A DNA stretch of 64,000 nucleotides from contig PKDD01000093.1 of NCBI GenBank assembly GCA_002862465.1, forward strand, positions 4,167 through 68,166. The letters run 5' to 3'. Made by a program: the position numbers and the translations under genes. Below the pieces are notes generated by a model. That model saw nothing but the letters and a program-made list of their open reading frames with translations, searched no databases and was not told the origin of the DNA. Below are positions 61,901 to 64,000 of the stretch, piece by piece. The stretch's first letter is position 1. Each line of letters opens with the position of its first letter. Origin of the DNA: Haliea sp. (GTDB lineage: Bacteria > Pseudomonadota > Gammaproteobacteria > Pseudomonadales > Halieaceae).

Positions 61901-62625
61901 ATGTCCAAACCACGATGAAGCCAGCGTCCAGCGAGCACAACGCTATCCTGTCGATATCGGGCACCATAAAAATCCCAAACAGGCGCAAGCAATTTTAACT
62001 CGTCCACTAACAACTCAAACGGGAGATCAATTTGGGGCAGCACAGTGGGGTCGGATTCGACGGCTTCTTGATCAGCGATTTTTTCTAACACTAACTGCGG
62101 ATTTAGAATGACACCACTAAACACCTTAATAGCTGAATCACTGACATGCACTCGCGCCTGTGTTGCCGCCTGTCGCCACTCACCGCCGGACCAATGCACA
62201 AGCAGAGCCAAAAGATCGAGACTTTCTATTTCTATTGCTGCGGGAAACACTAATAACTCAACAGCACCGCTATCCTTGTTGTCATATTTTTTTTGCGAAA
62301 CTGGCTCTGAATCTTCCAAAAGCGCAATATCCAAATTTCCGATCTGCACCTCGCGAAAGCAAACTACAAAACGCAACAGGCAAGCAGAGTCAACTTCTGT
62401 CACCAAATCTGCCAGTTCAACCTGCATCGCGCCTGTTTTGAAACGGAGTCGATCAAGGTGTAGACGCCCGCTCAACGTACCAGTGCCGTAATCGATTTCT
62501 ACTGAAGAGAGCCGCTGCAAAATTGTTAGCGCGTTTTTACTGCCCAGTTCCGTAGTAACCGCCAACAGCAACGCTGCCATCAGAAGGAGCACACACAGCA
62601 GCAGCGATCGCAGCAGCGCCTTCAA
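58918..62625 (-). CDS. tamB: Translocation and assembly module TamB
   Basis: 1235 aa, N-terminal anchor, DUF490-like C-terminus (LSGYIGDRIYLSYGVG...DLYYSF). Confidence 0.88.
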   Translation of the reverse strand: MKALLRSLLLCVLLLMAALLLAVTTELGSKNALTILQRLSSVEIDYGTGTLSGRLHLDRLRFKTGAMQVELADLVTEVDSACLLRFVVCFREVQIGNLDIALLEDSEPVSQKKYDNKDSGAVELLVFPAAIEIESLDLLALLVHWSGGEWRQAATQARVHVSDSAIKVFSGVILNPQLVLEKIADQEAVESDPTVLPQIDLPFELLVDELKLLAPVWDFYGARYRQDSVVLAGRWLHRGLDMTRLDINSSDLGELALQGKLTFEADWPMHASANIELAQPSYRSDLLGQRLTLMAQGDLASLGLRLTSAGRISTVVDANLNVLRRDLPFSASLTATSSVNLSLADLDGVPGAFADAELKFPIVMSGSGTLSSQVFDLQAAATGKGYESLAFSVQGGHESGRVVIDQLSIIDGSGNNALHASGEIELADAIKYSITLQSLGIDLPPAMEALRGRVKGAVRLAGSVRAPLWEVSIQDTRIQGLINGLPAHISGFASINSKMQLLSSELDADLNGAKLSLRAGSESQGRGQVKLLVDDIGRWQAGSRGQLQAELLISADAQRFQLSAAAQNITWRELALDTGAVAAEYWRDPEQTFTVNMALDDVVLGNFAQSSLSILAQGDSEQQTISVSGGGDFEGDIVVTGSRTDGIWHGIVSPTQLQTDVGLWRLADPVQLIWSGATEQLSLQAHCWRNQYANLCSDSWLLGTRGRGRIDMSGDIKLFSALLSPDLKIQGAMKFMVQTSWDRDGVIVADGQAHTRNFNITRELGKAQSAAVEWEAGDASFSYDSEGLRLDAGLQHAAREIASLNLQLPAGRSAAMAGSVRFDDLQLNTFTPLIPSLSALSGELAGEISLSGTIDQPRGDGRLTLSNGRLVMANNPTVLDSLNLTLGLLGDRAEVRGNALLGGGEIALSGELKVRPKLSMLLSVDGYKSTILYPPSTELEMSESLQLRLTNDLLAIAGEVTVHKGSIRIEEMPEDSVSVSSSVIEVDYAGKALQQSLPFETSMNLKIHINDKLKVYSNLVQTTLGGDLNARQRAGHPLELFGNLRTIGGEMSAFQSHLKIRRGTLNFSGPRSNPSLDLRAERDITAGNIMVGVHVQGLLGEDLELDIYSDPVMSQPNAMSYLLRGRAMDAGADSDGAALAFSLASGVMNRSALVSELNNIPGVNNIAFGAEGTENDTAATLSGYIGDRIYLSYGVGFYEPINVLTARFYFRSRIWLEIVSSLENSVDLYYSFDIE

Positions 62626-64000
62626 AATTCAGCACCTATAGCAAAGATCAACCGCCAGCTAGGATCATCTTCGCTGACACTGTTGGCCAATTCAACTCGG
62701 ACGGGACCAACTGGCGTGATGTAGTGAATACCAAAACCAGCGCCAACCTTGACATCAAACTCCCCTTTGTCAAAAGCATCTCCTCCGTCAACAAACAGTG
62801 CTCCACGCCAGCTGTCTGTAAAATAATACTGATACTCAAGACTCCCTATTACTAATCGATCACCGCCTATGATTAGAGTCTCTGTTGCGCCATTCGGTTC
62901 CACCACTGTGACTTCATCGCCGAGCGATTGATAGGCATAACCTCGGATGCTCTGGCTACCACCTGCAAAAAAAGCGAGCGACGGCGCAAGGTCTTTCCTG
63001 TCACCACTCGCTATTTTTACGCGCCCTAGGTCAAGCCGTGTTACCAAGCGATTGCGCGGCACGGGTGTCACAACATATCTCAATGCTGCGGTGAAACGCA
63101 GCAGATCTAAATCGGAGCCCAACTGCTCAGAAGCGGCCTCCAACGTATACAGCTGACTGAACCCTCCTTCAGGATCTACGATAGAGCCACGATGCGTTCT
63201 GCGGGAAATAGATCCGCCAATCAGCAAATAATCGTTTGAAGCGCTATAGCCTGCAATATTCCAAGACTCGTTGAGTTCACGCATCGAATATCCATATATC
63301 CAGTTGCGCGATTTGATTTCTCGCTTTGCCCCCACCTCATTCTGTCGACTGTCAATATCACCAAATTCATTCTCCTCGACTCTCGCCCATAGCTGAACAA
63401 CATCGTTGAGAGGGTCGGTAACGGGTATGGAGTACGTAAACCGACCACTTGGATTGATGGGAGAATATTCAAGCCGCGTCTGCTGACTGTGGCCATAGCG
63501 ATTAATTCTTGGTGTACGCCACGTTACAGAAACACGCTCCTTTATGTCGGTGCTATAACCCACCCCAAGATCGAAACTATGTCGCTTTGCGCGCTGCAAG
63601 TTAACCGCAATGGGGACCCTATCACCAAGGGCGTATTCAGTCTGCGGCAAAACGATAACACTGGAAAAATAGTTTGTTCTTTGTAACCGTGACTGCAGTT
63701 CTTGCAGTCTAACCTGATCGAAATAGTCGCCCGGTGCAAACGTTAACATGGCATTAAACAGATCATTATCGATTACCGTATTATCGACAATAATTTCACC
63801 AAATCGAAGACGGGGACCGCTTTTGTACCAGAGCAGGACATCTGCAGTCGCGGCTTCAACTTGAACTTCTATCCTACTGACTATAATTTCCCCACGCAGG
63901 TAACCGCGTCGTTGCCCGAGTGATAGCAAGCTTTCCCTAAATTTTTCAAATCGTCCATGATGAAGCACATCCCCTGAGGAAAAACCAATATCGGAAGTCA
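62622..64000 (-). CDS. tamA: Translocation and assembly module TamA, 3' part (starts beyond window)
   Basis: POTRA plus Omp85 barrel, FFAGGSQSIRGY, TPVGPVRVELA, terminal AEF; frame is open from 63968 to the window end. Confidence 0.92.
   Translation of the reverse strand, partial: TSDIGFSSGDVLHHGRFEKFRESLLSLGQRRGYLRGEIIVSRIEVQVEAATADVLLWYKSGPRLRFGEIIVDNTVIDNDLFNAMLTFAPGDYFDQVRLQELQSRLQRTNYFSSVIVLPQTEYALGDRVPIAVNLQRAKRHSFDLGVGYSTDIKERVSVTWRTPRINRYGHSQQTRLEYSPINPSGRFTYSIPVTDPLNDVVQLWARVEENEFGDIDSRQNEVGAKREIKSRNWIYGYSMRELNESWNIAGYSASNDYLLIGGSISRRTHRGSIVDPEGGFSQLYTLEAASEQLGSDLDLLRFTAALRYVVTPVPRNRLVTRLDLGRVKIASGDRKDLAPSLAFFAGGSQSIRGYAYQSLGDEVTVVEPNGATETLIIGGDRLVIGSLEYQYYFTDSWRGALFVDGGDAFDKGEFDVKVGAGFGIHYITPVGPVRVELANSVSEDDPSWRLIFAIGAEF

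Noticed and set aside
1-64000. CRISPR arrays, rRNA, toxin-antitoxin, retron or other defence genes, REP families
   Set aside because: No regularly spaced repeats or diagnostic protein motifs seen.

Overview
64 kb of mostly core chromosome from a gammaproteobacterium with Pseudomonas/Cellvibrionales-like gene order (a Halieaceae/OM60-type organism is plausible but only inferred). Core blocks: ffs-dnaX-ybaB-recR-rnd-ycgL-ycgN; tRNA-Pro/folD, cysS-glnS/ppiB, miaE, acnB; a MoxR-DUF58-transglutaminase triad; leuCD-asd-fimV-truA-trpFBA-accD-folC-dedD-cvpA-purF-metZ with a divergent LysR; rlmKL; two LLM oxidoreductases; AGT; tamAB. Accessory DNA: a ~9.6 kb signalling island between ffs and an atypical tRNA-His (FixJ-type regulator, REC-EAL phosphodiesterase, three kinases with unusual architectures, a shared upstream motif), a ThuA-like lipoprotein plus nagA between the two tRNAs, and a VPLPA-CTERM-type protein. 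The most notable non-coding signals are a complete E. coli-type dnaX -1 frameshift cassette and an intergenic cluster of DnaA boxes with an IHF-like site (datA/DARS-like), far from any oriC gene. No CRISPR, integrase, transposase, rRNA or recognisable defence system was seen. All family calls come from motif recognition by eye; no database search was run.
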